A DNA stretch of 64,000 nt. Origin: Candidatus Poribacteria bacterium (GTDB lineage Bacteria; Poribacteria; WGA-4E; UBA9662). The DNA lies in NCBI GenBank assembly GCA_046582655.1, contig JAYGDX010000336.1:9826-73825 (forward strand). Reading direction: 5' to 3'. How positions within the stretch are numbered: the first letter of the stretch is position 1; every line of letters starts with the position of its first letter. The position numbers and the translations under genes were made by a program. Positions 51,132 to 62,113 of the stretch are shown in pieces. Below the pieces are notes generated by a model, which did no database searches, was not told the origin of the DNA, and worked only from the letters and a program-made list of their open reading frames with translations.

Positions 51132-52595
51132 TCAATCAATCCTTGCCATAATATCCTTCAAGTTCCCTTTGTAACCGATCTCATCGAGAAACTTCAGGTG
51201 CGGGGCGAACTCGCCGACTTCGTAGAGATTGTGCGCATCGCTTCCAAAGGTAATCTTCACACCAGCTTCAACGCACATCCTGACGAACTCCGGCTGTGGG
51301 CGGTTGTAGTGGAAGTTCATCTCCGCAGCAACATTGTTCTCCTTCAACATCCTGATGACCGGCACAAACAGCCTCGTTGGCACTTCGTGGTTTCGGAAGA
51401 TACGGAAGGGGTGGGCGAGAATCCGGATGCCGGTTTGGACGAAGCACTCCAGAATCCGCAGATATTCATCGGATGCCCGCTTCAGGTCAACTTTTTCTTT
51501 CCTCAACTCGGGCAACTGGTGAATGGCGCCGTTGAGGAGCTGTGCTCGCTGTTGGTCTTTATCCTGAAGAATCATGTTGCCCTGAAAATCCGAATCGACT
51601 TCAAAACCGATGATCAGATTGTCGCGTTGCGCCTCCTCCACGTTCGACCAGAAATCGGGCATCCGGTCTTGGAGGCCTTTCGTTCCTTTGATTCCTTCCT
51701 TGCACAATTCGCCGCTCCAGTAGGTCTGGCGGTCGAAGTAGAGCTGACCCGAATGCTCGGTGAAGGCGATGCCGCGAAGACCGAACTTCTCAGCGAGCTC
51801 CGGTGATTTTACCATGTCCATGTTTTCACTGCAGTAGGCGAACTGCGTGTGCGAGTGGTAATCGAACAGTTCCAGCTCAGGCGGCATCCGGTGCTCGTGC
51901 TGTGTGACTTGGATATCTTTGCTGTCGAGATTAATCTCCATGAAACTGAAAGGTGACTCACAGAGCGATTTGCCGACAACGAAGGAATGGCTGCCGACAC
52001 GAATCAGTTCCGTTCCAGCATGATAGTGGCCTCCTATGCTCAAAGTGAAGTTGTTTGCCCAAGTGGCTTCGAGCACTTCGTCGATGTTTGTGTAGTTGTA
52101 GCAGCAGTTGCTTTTGTTTGGAGGAAAGAGAGGAACGTGTTGGAAGGCGACGATAGGGCCGTCGTGGTTGGAACGTACCTTTTTCATCTTTTCCATATTT
52201 TCGGGTAGCCGCTTGGCATTCCAACCCAGTTCCTCTGGATCGATGAACGGAACGAAACGGACCCCGTTGATATCCATAAATACTGGGGGCCGGTTAATGA
52301 CTTCGTAAAACCGCTCCTCAACTGGATCGTGGTTTCCTGGAATCGCCATCCAAGGAGATTCCAGAAGATTGAGAATCTCCTGCATTTTCGCGAGACGCTC
52401 CCCAGGTTTTCCGCTATCTGGGTCATCGAGAATGTCACCCAGTATTAGTGTGATGTCTGGCTTAATCATGCGGTTCAGCCGGTGCACGGTTCGCAGCAGG
52501 AGGATGTCGCCGATCTGTCCCTGCCGAGCACTGATAGGAATTTTATCCCCGTAATGGATGTCCGTGATAACCCCGATCTTGACTTTTTCGCTCAA
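51132..52595 (-). CDS. Calcineurin-like metallophosphoesterase fused to a PHP domain
   Basis: N-terminal DIH, LGD, GNHD, QHVP and GHYH motifs; C-terminal DYHSHT, TEH, AHP and GSDAH motifs. Confidence 0.88.
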   Translation of the reverse strand: MSEKVKIGVITDIHYGDKIPISARQGQIGDILLLRTVHRLNRMIKPDITLILGDILDDPDSGKPGERLAKMQEILNLLESPWMAIPGNHDPVEERFYEVINRPPVFMDINGVRFVPFIDPEELGWNAKRLPENMEKMKKVRSNHDGPIVAFQHVPLFPPNKSNCCYNYTNIDEVLEATWANNFTLSIGGHYHAGTELIRVGSHSFVVGKSLCESPFSFMEINLDSKDIQVTQHEHRMPPELELFDYHSHTQFAYCSENMDMVKSPELAEKFGLRGIAFTEHSGQLYFDRQTYWSGELCKEGIKGTKGLQDRMPDFWSNVEEAQRDNLIIGFEVDSDFQGNMILQDKDQQRAQLLNGAIHQLPELRKEKVDLKRASDEYLRILECFVQTGIRILAHPFRIFRNHEVPTRLFVPVIRMLKENNVAAEMNFHYNRPQPEFVRMCVEAGVKITFGSDAHNLYEVGEFAPHLKFLDEIGYKGNLKDIMARID

Positions 52596-53096
52596 TTCTT
52601 ATTTCCTTATATAATGGATGTAGTTGACATCATTGTCTGTGTCTTTATTATTATCCAAAGCATTATCATAGATCATTTTCAATTGTTTCCTCGCCACTGA
52701 TGTATACACCGATTTTGATTGCCTTTGTATCCTCCTAAACTAAATTTCAACTACCAATGGCTAGACGACCCTCAACTTACCAAGCATTTTATCACCACCA
52801 GAGTTAAAAAAGGAACATCATTATCTTCAACATAAGATTTTAAATCAGCTAACTAGAACTTGGCTGAGACTGGTAGAAGATCGTAATATTGTCTCATCAA
52901 ATTACCAAAGTGTTTTAAATACATTATGATATAATCTGCTAATAACCTGAATTTTCGCCTGTCACTTTTACTTTTCTTAGGCAAATATCTGGGATTTAGC
53001 GATTCATGCTCCAAATTCTAGCTAATACGGTGTTCAACCATGTCTGCAGGCTGTCTTTTCGGAAAGAGCGTGTTATCACCGCAACACTCAGGATAA

Positions 53097-54495
53097 ATGA
53101 TGAAGCAGGAAATTGAAACCCGTATTGTTGACCAAATTTTCTCCAATTCGGAAGCGTACGAAAATCTCCTTGTACTTGCTGACGATATCGGGATACGGTT
53201 GGCGGGTACGTCCAATGAAATTAAAGCGCGAGACTTTCTGGTTGAAACGCTCTGGCGGTACGGATTGGATAATGTCCATACCCAAACGTTTCCACATCGT
53301 GCTTGGACGCCTATTGATGAAAGATTGCTGATACAACACCTATTGAGAAAGAGGTCTCATGTCGGTGCTCTGGACTTTCACCATCCACATCTGAAGATGG
53401 TGTAGAGGGTGAAATAATCTTTCTTGAACGTGGTGATCGTCAGGATCTCGAAGCAAATAAAGAACAGGTTAAAGGACGTTTTATTGCAGCACCGTACTAC
53501 CCATTTGCCCGTCAACTGAAAACGCCACTAGCGGCTGAGTATGGGGCAGTTGGATTAATTGAAATCCGAAATTCTGCTGGGGGCTGCAACCAGCACGAAC
53601 GTGCGCTTTTGCCAAAATTGGTGCCATTCCAGTAGCCTCAATCAGTAAAGAGGATGCGGAATACCTACGTCGACTCAATTCGCGAAAAGGTACGGTCAGG
53701 CTTAAGCTCATTCTCGATAGTCACATTGAGTGGAAAGATTCATGGAATGTCATCGGAGAGATTAGCGGTAATAGTAGCGGAGAAGAACATATCATCGTTG
53801 GCGGACACTATGATAGCTGGCATGTCGGGCTAGGAGCCGTAGACAATACAGCCAGAGTGGTGGCAGTTCTGGAAACGGCACGAGGTCTAGTGCCTTATCG
53901 GCAACATCTCTCCCGAACCGTCAAGTTTGTGTTGTTCGGCGTGGAAGAATCCGGTCTCGTCGGTTCTTGGGCATACGTTTATCAACACAGTGATGAGTTG
54001 GCAAACACTATTTTGATGATTAATAATGATGTTGGTGGGCGTCCAAGCGGAATCAGTATTTCAAGTTTTGATCAACTTAAGCCTCCCTTGGACGAGGTTG
54101 CGGGACGAGTTCGTATCGCAGGTCAGGATTTACCTCCATTTCTTGTCTCGGTTGGCGAACCAAGCTGGGGGTCAGATCACTTTCCGTTCCTGGCACACGG
54201 TGTGCCGACAATTGGTATTTCAACTGTGGCGGTTCAACTAGAAGACCGACTTTACGGTCATACTCGAGCCGATACGCCCGACAAGGTTTACAAAGAAGGA
54301 CTAACTGAATGTGCTGCAATCAACGCTCAAATCGTTTTTCAGATTGCCAACATTCCGGTTCGGCCAGCTGGGCAAAAAACACAAGACCAATTAGAGAAGT
54401 TGTTTCAAAAACATGATTTCATGGAAACATTGGATCTTCTAGATATGTGGCCGCCTGAAAAGGTTAAACAGCGCTATTTTTCCTTCGATGTGTGA
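53097..54495 (+). pseudogene. M28 family (carboxypeptidase Q-like) peptidase with two frameshifts
   Basis: DIGIRLAGT; frameshifts near 53335 and in the G5 run at ~53580; GGHYDSW...GAVDN, GVEESGLVGS, SDHFPF and HTRADT motifs. Confidence 0.85.
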
Positions 54496-54580
54496 GTTGG
54501 TCTTTAATAATTTACTATCAGCGTTGACTTGCCGACAAACATTTTGAATCTGTTAGTTTAGTATGCTGGAGATTAGCCTT

Positions 54581-56190
54581 ATGAAATCTACACTGCACAT
54601 TTCTGTTATGCTTCCGCTGACCCTCTTTACTATATCGTCCTCGATCTCTACTGAATTCGAGACATCTGGCGATCAGATGTTCAGAACCTATTTTGAACGG
54701 GAAACGGCTGAAATTGCCGACCAATGCTTAGCAGATATCCAAACGTTGGACGATTGGAACAAAAACAAGGATAAATATCGGTCGCAATTGTACGAGATGC
54801 TCAGTCTGGAACCTCTACCCTCCCAAGACTCCGCTTCAGGCAACCGTTACTAGACGGATAACGCAACATGATTTCGATGTCTGGAACTTGCACTATCAGT
54901 AGTCCATGCCTGGATTATATGTGACTGGCAACCTCTACCTGCCGAAAGATCTGCAGGATCCAGCTCCGACGATATTATATGTTTGTGGGCATGGACCGGT
55001 GAAAATCAACAATATCAGCTATGGAAACAAGGTCCATTATCAACATCATGGAGCATGGTTCGCCCGCAACGGTTACGTCTGTTTGGTGATTGACACGCTC
55101 CAGCTAGGCGAGATCGAAGGAATCCATCACGGCACATATAATCACAACATGTGGTGGTGGAACTCTCGCGGTTATTCTTCCTCCGGTGTGGAAGTGTGAA
55201 ACTGTATTCGGGCACTGGATTATCTGGAAACACTCGACTTCGTTGATCAAAACCGATTTGGTGTAACTGGCCGAAGTGGTGGAGGGGCTTACAGTTGGTG
55301 GATCTCCGCTCTGGATGAACGCATCAAGGTCGCCGCTTCGGTAGCTGGTATTACGGACTTGACCAACCACGTGGTTAGCGGTGGTACAAATGGACGGTAC
55401 AAACACGGTACGGTGGAAGGCCACTGCGATTGTATGTTTCAGGTCAATACCTACCGCTGGGATTATGCACAGGTAGCGGCACTGGTGGCACCTCGACCAC
55501 TATTGATCCTCAATACCGATGATGGCAGCATCTTCCCCTTAGACGGTGTGGTACGAGTTTACAACCAGGTCCGTCGTATCTATGAATTACATGACGCCAA
55601 AAGCAAATTGGGATTGGTTATCACGCCCGGTGGTCACCAGGATACGAGGGAGATTCGCCTGCCAGCTTTCAACTGGTTCAACCAATATCTTAAAGATGAG
55701 AAGAAACCGATCAAGATGTTTGCGCATACATTCTTTGAACCAGAGCAATTAAAGGTCTTCTCTGAGATTCCAAGTAACCAACGTAATGCACAGATTCAGG
55801 ACAGCTTTACGCGCTTGGCAAACGATACGAATCCGGTGGACGCCGAGCGAATTTTAACGGACCTAAAAGAAAAAACCTTTGGTGGTTGGCCTGAAACATT
55901 GGGAGACTTGGATCTGGAAGAGGTTTTTGATGTCGGGCACAACGGCGTCCGCTTTGCTGGCTACGACTTCAATAGTCAGATAGGAATCCGGCTTCGCATG
56001 TATATAACCCATCAGATGAATCTGGCACAACCAAAAAAACTTCACTTAGAGATAATAAATAATCGGGATTGGATTGAGTACCTGAAACTTGGTAGGACGA
56101 CTTGGGACCGAGTCTGGAAAGAAGAAATGAAATTAGCTGGCATAGACAATAACATGCCTGTAACAGAGGAGATACAAACGGCACTAGGTT
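54581..56190 (+). pseudogene. Secreted acetylxylan-esterase/dienelactone hydrolase-like alpha/beta hydrolase, disrupted and 3'-truncated
   Basis: PGLYVTGNLY, YVCGH, GVTGRSGGG, GHCDC and VAPRPLL motifs; frameshift ~54820, TAG 54900-54902, TGA 55197-55199. Confidence 0.8.
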
Positions 56191-57399
56191 GGATGCATCG
56201 ATCAGGCCGCAATAGTGCCAACCAACGAATTCCTGACGCTCAAATGCTTGCCGGAAGAATTCGTTCGTCCAATCGGCTCTCTGCCTCAGATTGTCGGCCA
56301 CAGGTCCATAGGGGCACAGCATACTGTCGGTGATCATCGTGAAGGCCGAATCACCATTTTTTAGAGGCTTATCGGTAATCTTGGACCAACGATCTAAACC
56401 TGGTTCCTGCACCTGGTATTGCGCATACATCTGATAAAACACGATGTCAGTGAACTGGCTTGTAATCGGCAACACTGTGTCCAGAGAATCGGTGTTGGCA
56501 TTGATTTTGTCGCCAACGAACAAATGATTCGGATCGTATCGACGAATTGCATCTCGGGCCGTTTGGTAGTACTTTGCAACCACCTTTTTGAGGAATTCTA
56601 TATTGTCACGAGTTTCGTTTCCATTAGAAAGGTCAGTGTGTGGCCGCCAGTCCTCGGCTGCCTGAAGAGCGTCGAATGAATCAAACTGCGTACCGTAGGT
56701 TGCATTGAAATCGCTGATCTGGCTGCGATATACCTTGAGCATCGTCCGAACATAAGCTTTCTTACCTGGAGCGTCTTTATGCAAATTTCGTAGCCGACGT
56801 GGCCAGCCAATTCGGGCATTTCGTCGGGCTCCGCCAATAACGTCGGGTCGTTCACGGCAATCCTCTTCCGTCAACAACGGACAATCAGTCATGGCATAGC
56901 CAAGTAGAAACGGATCATCCCTTACAGGAGCGGCAAGTTCCTTTGCCATCCCATCGCAGTGAGCTGTGAACTCATCTGAAAAGACATCCTTGAAATTGCT
57001 GTCGGGTATCTCCGGTTTCCAATGTGGGATATCAACAAAATGAATCGGTTGCATATAAGGCATGGACGGCTGTGGGCTATTGACGATCGGCAACGCCGTG
57101 TGAACTCCTACTGTGTTGAAGCCGTACTGACAACACGTCTGTAGGAACCAAGCCTTGATGGCTGGTGCGAATTGGTGGCTGTTCAGATCGTCTAGCCCCA
57201 ACCGCTTCTTCCATGCCTGGCGGTTGTAATCCTGCTTCCACAAGTCAGGGTGTAGATGGTTTATTCCGAAACTCAGAAACGCGCTTCCTTCGGGAGTTGC
57301 GAGCCACCATCTTTCGTCCTTCTCTACGCGGAAGAAGCCTGTCGCCTTGAATTTCTTGCCCGTCCAACCACCGAATCGATCAAGTTCACGCCTTTTCAT
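55969..57399 (-). CDS. Beta-agarase (GH50)-like glycoside hydrolase, probably C-terminally truncated near 56180
   Basis: ATGFFRVEK..RWWLATPEG, GFNTVG, DDPFLLGY, IRRYDPNHL and VGWHYC motifs; the tail runs antisense into the esterase. Confidence 0.65.
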   Translation of the reverse strand: MKRRELDRFGGWTGKKFKATGFFRVEKDERWWLATPEGSAFLSFGINHLHPDLWKQDYNRQAWKKRLGLDDLNSHQFAPAIKAWFLQTCCQYGFNTVGVHTALPIVNSPQPSMPYMQPIHFVDIPHWKPEIPDSNFKDVFSDEFTAHCDGMAKELAAPVRDDPFLLGYAMTDCPLLTEEDCRERPDVIGGARRNARIGWPRRLRNLHKDAPGKKAYVRTMLKVYRSQISDFNATYGTQFDSFDALQAAEDWRPHTDLSNGNETRDNIEFLKKVVAKYYQTARDAIRRYDPNHLFVGDKINANTDSLDTVLPITSQFTDIVFYQMYAQYQVQEPGLDRWSKITDKPLKNGDSAFTMITDSMLCPYGPVADNLRQRADWTNEFFRQAFERQEFVGWHYCGLIDASNLVPFVSPLLQACYCLCQLISFLLSRLGPKSSYQVSGTQSNPDYLLSLSEVFLVVPDSSDGLYTCEAGFLSDY

Positions 57400-57896
57400 T
57401 TCTGTACCACCTTAGTGAGGTTACTATATGCCAGCTAACAGCATTTATTCCTGTTCCTTGTTTTTCTAGCTTACAGATCAAACCCTGGTTAAGCAAAGTA
57501 TAAAAAATAGATTACTAAAAACGATTACCATATTATCATATATAGTGTGTGCAGAATGCTCTTTAACTGATTAACCAGGCGGTCAAGCTTTTATCACAAC
57601 ACAAGCAGTAAATTAAGTGGATTTCTTGATTTCATTAACCATCTCACCGATACTTGCCTGATTACCCTGTACACGAGTTATCTATTGCGCGGGTATCAGT
57701 GAGTTGTTGTAACAAACAAGCAAACCCTCACATGTTAAATTGTATTTGCTTTATGTAACAAAATTATCTTCACCATTAATCATCAGGACAAAAGCATAAA
57801 ATCTTCTAATTTTAATTCCAACACGCCATATCAAACTGTTTAATGCGTTGGGCACCACTGGGCCACCCGAAGATGATCCAACAGCGCAGCCATCGC

Positions 57897-59207
57897 TTAT
57901 GGTGTCCCATTTCTCTCGAGGGCTTGCACTGAAAGGGCTCGTACAAGGTGGTCAGAGTCAGTTAAGGCTTCGGTCAGCGCTGACACGGCCTGGGTTGCTT
58001 GCTGGCCGATTCGGGCCAGAGATAATGCAGCGTTCCGACGCACCAAATCTACTTCGTCTTTTAGCGATTTTGCTAGCGGTTCAATGGCTACGCCTTGATC
58101 CGGTGCAACGGTGCCTATAGCTCCAGCAGTATGATACCGGGCTTGGTCGTTTTGATCGCCTAAGCATTCAATCAATGCCGGCAGTGCGGATCTGGCTTTG
58201 AGTCCCAGGTCGCATAACGTATCTGCGGCCCGAGCCCGGATGTCAGCCCGATCGTATGATAATAAATCCACCAAGGTGGGCACAGCTAATTGGCCCATTC
58301 GAATGAAGCCGTAGATAGCGTTTCGGCAGGTCACTGGGTCATTGCCAGTAGTAGCCTCGATGAGGGGTTCTAATCCCTTTTGGTCCAAATTACCTAGTTT
58401 ATACGCTGCCTGGATACCTACTACTTCCTGGTCGGAGCCAAGCAAATCTGTTAATTCAACAATCGTTTCCGATGGGGTATCCCACCCCTCGCCATTTTGC
58501 TCGCCCAAATGCCAGTGCCACAGATACCTCCAGGTCAGCTCTTGTAAATCATCGCTCTCCTGCCACTTCGCACCTTGATAGTTCCAACTGGGACGTGTTG
58601 GCTCGGACATCCGTGCAAATAGAAATTTCATCATATATCTAGTCTTTTCAGAATGATTACACATTTGACGGTGAAATATATCAAAGTTCACGATAGCCAC
58701 CGTTCCGACCTCGCCAACCAAAGCCAGCTCATCATGCTTTTCAAGTGGTGGTTGACTGCAATACTGAGAACGTGGCCATATAGCAGTCGGCCCAATTTCA
58801 ACCGGGGTATCTTGAGGGTAGTAAAAGGCCATTGCCCAACGGGTATGATGGTGACGATGGTTGTCGTCTACAGCGGATATACTATTGAACGTACTATCCA
58901 TATGCATGACCTGTTCTCCTCTGTCCGGTGGATTTTCGTGACAATGTCGATGAGGATGGAGATAGTAGTCGGGACCTAAAATACTAACCATAGCCCCCTT
59001 AAAAGCGGGATCTGTAAACACTTTCTGAATCTCCGGTAATCGGGGAAGCAGATTATTGCTGGGATTACCAACAGAGGCAAACAGCTTTTCGGTCTTATCG
59101 TATAAAGCTTCATGGAAACTTGACGGCAAATCGACCTTGACTGAGACATATCCATCTCGAATGAATTTCTGCATCGACTGATCACTGAGCAAATGAGTAG
59201 TATCCAT
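57897..59207 (-). CDS. PhyH family dioxygenase fused to HEAT/PBS repeats
   Basis: FIRDGY, HRHCH, MHMD, YYPQDTP and IFHR motifs; C-terminal VRRNAALSLARIG-type repeats. Confidence 0.88.
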   Translation of the reverse strand: MDTTHLLSDQSMQKFIRDGYVSVKVDLPSSFHEALYDKTEKLFASVGNPSNNLLPRLPEIQKVFTDPAFKGAMVSILGPDYYLHPHRHCHENPPDRGEQVMHMDSTFNSISAVDDNHRHHHTRWAMAFYYPQDTPVEIGPTAIWPRSQYCSQPPLEKHDELALVGEVGTVAIVNFDIFHRQMCNHSEKTRYMMKFLFARMSEPTRPSWNYQGAKWQESDDLQELTWRYLWHWHLGEQNGEGWDTPSETIVELTDLLGSDQEVVGIQAAYKLGNLDQKGLEPLIEATTGNDPVTCRNAIYGFIRMGQLAVPTLVDLLSYDRADIRARAADTLCDLGLKARSALPALIECLGDQNDQARYHTAGAIGTVAPDQGVAIEPLAKSLKDEVDLVRRNAALSLARIGQQATQAVSALTEALTDSDHLVRALSVQALERNGTP

Positions 59208-59494
59208 CCTGATAGCTCCTTGTGAAGGGTTTCTAAAACTATGCCCTAAAAATGTACATCTCCTGACTTCACTTGTGGTTGACTTCTAATGTCAACCACA
59301 ACCACAAGCAGTAAGAACAATGCCATAAAAGGAAATTTGATATACTTCACACTAAGTCTCGTTTAATATTAGGCTTGACGTTGAGGTAAGATAGCCCTCT
59401 GCTATGAGAAATCTTTCTCGGCTCTTACTGCCACGGATGGGAAGGTTATCAATGAAAGCATCTCTGGCCTCCAAACAGGGCTATGTGAGGTAAG

Positions 59495-59584
59495 TTAGCC
59501 TATCGCTGTTGCGCATGTCGCCAACTTCGCGGCTACCTCATCATCAACGCGAAAGGTGATGGTACGACCCTTTTTATTCTGCAT
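59495..59584 (-). pseudogene. Ribbon-helix-helix (CopG-like) remnant
   Basis: MQNKKGRTITFRVDDEVAAKLATCA: an alternating beta-strand followed by a helix, with an early stop. Confidence 0.35.
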
Positions 59585-59663
59585 ATCATCGTTATGATTC
59601 AACAAAAGAGGTAGTTTAAAATTTTGGTTGGGCTTTTTTATTATTAATCCCAGAAATTAACCC

Positions 59664-60530
59664 TTAAAAATCGAGGTTGACCAATATTAGAGAGATAATG
59701 GCTAAAACAACCCCCACTGCTAATCGCTTATTTAATCGCTCACCTAGAACCAAAATACCAACGGTAGTTGTGAATAACATTCCACCGGAACCTGAGATAG
59801 GGAAAGCAATGAGCGCATCCACCCGATCCAAAGCAGCTATAAACATCCCACTCCCCAGCAAATTGCAAATACCGATCAAAATACCATAGCCCAGTTCCAA
59901 AATTGTGGGTAATTGCCGTTTGCGGAGACAGATAAATAGATATGGCACTGTTGTTACTATGAAAAGAAAAAACAAGTACATCGGCTTTTGGTCACTGGGG
60001 CACATTTCGTTAAACCCCTTCATGGCCAAACGACCCACTCCTGCGTTCAGAAAAAGTAACACAACCACAATCAGACCGAATTTCGGTGCCGCATACCAAG
60101 TTGGTCGATTCGTGTCTTGAGTCGATTTAGTTGTCCCAGACAATAGCGGAAGGGCAATCAAAGCAATCAAAATCCCTAGTGTCTGCCAAAGATTTGGTTC
60201 CTCATTCCAAACAATTACCGAAAAGAGGATAGGCAGAATCATCGATAGCCCAATAACTGCAGTAGTAACAACAATACCGCTTAATCGCATTCCAGTTACA
60301 ACGAGGACAAAACCAAAAGCATAAGAGATACCAGTAGCCAAACCAAAGACTAAAGTGAGTGGTGTGAAGGTGAAACTATTTGCTCGGTATGCTAAAGCAC
60401 AGGAGAAGACAAAAGCGGTAGCATAATTGACCAAACCGATGGGATCCAATCGGTGCCCCCTATTTTCTGCATCTTTTAGAAAGATACCAAAACCAGATAG
60501 TAAGACTACATGCAAAAATAGATAAATCAT
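59664..60530 (-). CDS. DMT/EamA family transporter
   Basis: About ten hydrophobic segments in two repeats, with WNEEP and LGERL loops. Confidence 0.85.
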   Translation of the reverse strand: MIYLFLHVVLLSGFGIFLKDAENRGHRLDPIGLVNYATAFVFSCALAYRANSFTFTPLTLVFGLATGISYAFGFVLVVTGMRLSGIVVTTAVIGLSMILPILFSVIVWNEEPNLWQTLGILIALIALPLLSGTTKSTQDTNRPTWYAAPKFGLIVVVLLFLNAGVGRLAMKGFNEMCPSDQKPMYLFFLFIVTTVPYLFICLRKRQLPTILELGYGILIGICNLLGSGMFIAALDRVDALIAFPISGSGGMLFTTTVGILVLGERLNKRLAVGVVLAIISLILVNLDF

Positions 60531-60844
60531 AGGTTTTAGGTCAAGTCACTGCCATTGTTATCACCGTAAGGGTCTTCTAATACACAGGTGTATTTAATTC
60601 TTGGATAGCAAAAGTTACTATCCAGACACTTCTCATGATTGGGATTTTTCTTAGAATTAATAGAAACTAATCTCACTTATAACGTTATAGGTGGCAAAAC
60701 TGAACGCACCCTTGATTTGACCGTTTGCCACCGCTGAAAAAGCGGGGGTACCCCTAGGCCCCTCCTCTACAGATTGAGATGTTGAACAAACGCTGCATCT
60801 TTAGCGCGAATTCGACTCTCAAGGGACTAGCTTAGGCATTCTAT

Positions 60845-60950
60845 CACGATTGCCGTATCGGGGTAAAGCGGTGGGATCGCTGGTAGGAGTTGGGGTTGAC
60901 AAGTTCGCTGGCTAACGCCCCATCTTCTCAGGCTACACTCATCTGCATGG
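60845..60950. repeat. Dispersed 106-bp repeat, copy A
   Basis: Shares TCGGGGTAAAGCGG and CTCAG-CTACAC-C-TCTGCATGG with 63135-63240. Confidence 0.7.
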
Positions 60951-61264
60951 GGTATAATATGAGATTATGCTGTCTTAGAATCTGTTCTTTTATGCTGGGA
61001 AATTATCCGACGCTTTGTCTCTACCTTGGTAGCTGACGCCACCAGTATCTGGTGTTTTGCTAAATCGACGGCATCAGCATCAAGGCCTGTGTCTTGGACG
61101 CTGGAATGTGAGGCTTTTAAGATTCTGCATCTGGTTTGGTCGATGCGCACTGCTTTGCTGTAATTAATCCTCAAATGGTTGACGTCATTATCAGCACCCA
61201 CTTGTGAATTACGGCTGGCAGCAAACTCTACATTCTATACCTGTCAATAAAAACAAGCCTTAGA

Positions 61265-62041
61265 CTACCAGCTAGACTTCACCTGACCCCATATAACTGC
61301 TAGTTTGTTTTTTGGCTCGACGGGGGTTGCGAACTCCTTAGCCCCAAGTTGCATGCTGAATTTGATTTCAGCGTCGTTAAGGGCTCGGTTCCACAACCGA
61401 ACTTCGTCAACAGCACCAGGCCAAGCTTCTCCACCCCACGTTCCGATTTGCACGGCACTGGTATTGGCTGCTGGCAAAACAGGATTTTTAGACTCCTCTT
61501 CATGTATGGCAGTACCATTAACAAAAATTCGAACCAATCCACCATTGCCGGTCGTATGCGTGTAGGCCAGGTAATACCACTGCCCTACTTTAAGCTTGGT
61601 CTTGTTGTCGTTAATGTCTTTGAATCCACCCGTTTTGCCGTTGGTCCAAACTTTGATACCATTGCCGGGGTTCATACCATAACCGAAACCAATATTACGA
61701 CCACCTCCACCCGCGCGTGTGCCGAAAATAACCGCGTGGGCACTAGGCAGCCTATCTAGTTTCACCCAAGCTGCCTGAGTGATTTCGCTCTCGATATGAA
61801 ATACTTTGTCGTCACCAATTAGAACATGATCAGATGAACCTGCAAATTGTAATGACTTGCCAAATTTTCCATCGATCCACTTGGCTTTCCCTTTAACAGT
61901 CCCCTCTAACGCATTTGTTGACACATCGGCTACTGACGTTCCTTTACCTTCATCCAATGGCATATACAGAACCAACCCTGTTTTTAAATTGACGTCTTCT
62001 TCACCGGTTTTGGCTTGAACAACCAAACAGGATGTGACCAT
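61265..62041 (-). CDS. LamG-domain protein, paralog with the conserved C-terminal tail (start uncertain)
   Basis: LVLYMPLDEG, GKFGKSLQF, QWYYLAYT and VDEVRLWNRAL motifs; ends PVEPKNKLAVIWGQVKSSW. Confidence 0.85.
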   Translation of the reverse strand: MVTSCLVVQAKTGEEDVNLKTGLVLYMPLDEGKGTSVADVSTNALEGTVKGKAKWIDGKFGKSLQFAGSSDHVLIGDDKVFHIESEITQAAWVKLDRLPSAHAVIFGTRAGGGGRNIGFGYGMNPGNGIKVWTNGKTGGFKDINDNKTKLKVGQWYYLAYTHTTGNGGLVRIFVNGTAIHEEESKNPVLPAANTSAVQIGTWGGEAWPGAVDEVRLWNRALNDAEIKFSMQLGAKEFATPVEPKNKLAVIWGQVKSSW

Positions 62042-62113
62042 TACTACAATTTTAAAATGTTTTTTTATTTTATTAGTTTTTTAAGCCTGTGTCAACACTT
62101 CCTTCAGATTTGG

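Noticed and set aside
51198..51806. 202-aa + strand ORF, and similar ORFs such as 62015-62695, 25596-26063 and 50172-50657
   Set aside because: These are antisense shadows of well-supported genes with no recognisable motifs.
55197..55199. TGA at expected Trp positions (here and in the FGE remnant), suggesting genetic code 4 or readthrough
   Set aside because: TGA terminates intact genes such as coaBC and TGG is used throughout. The same broken genes also carry TAG stops and frameshifts, so these are nonsense mutations.
60965..61201. 78-aa ORF with a faint methyltransferase-like segment (GLDADAVDLAK)
   Set aside because: It is too short, has no clear RBS and no complete motif, so it cannot be supported.
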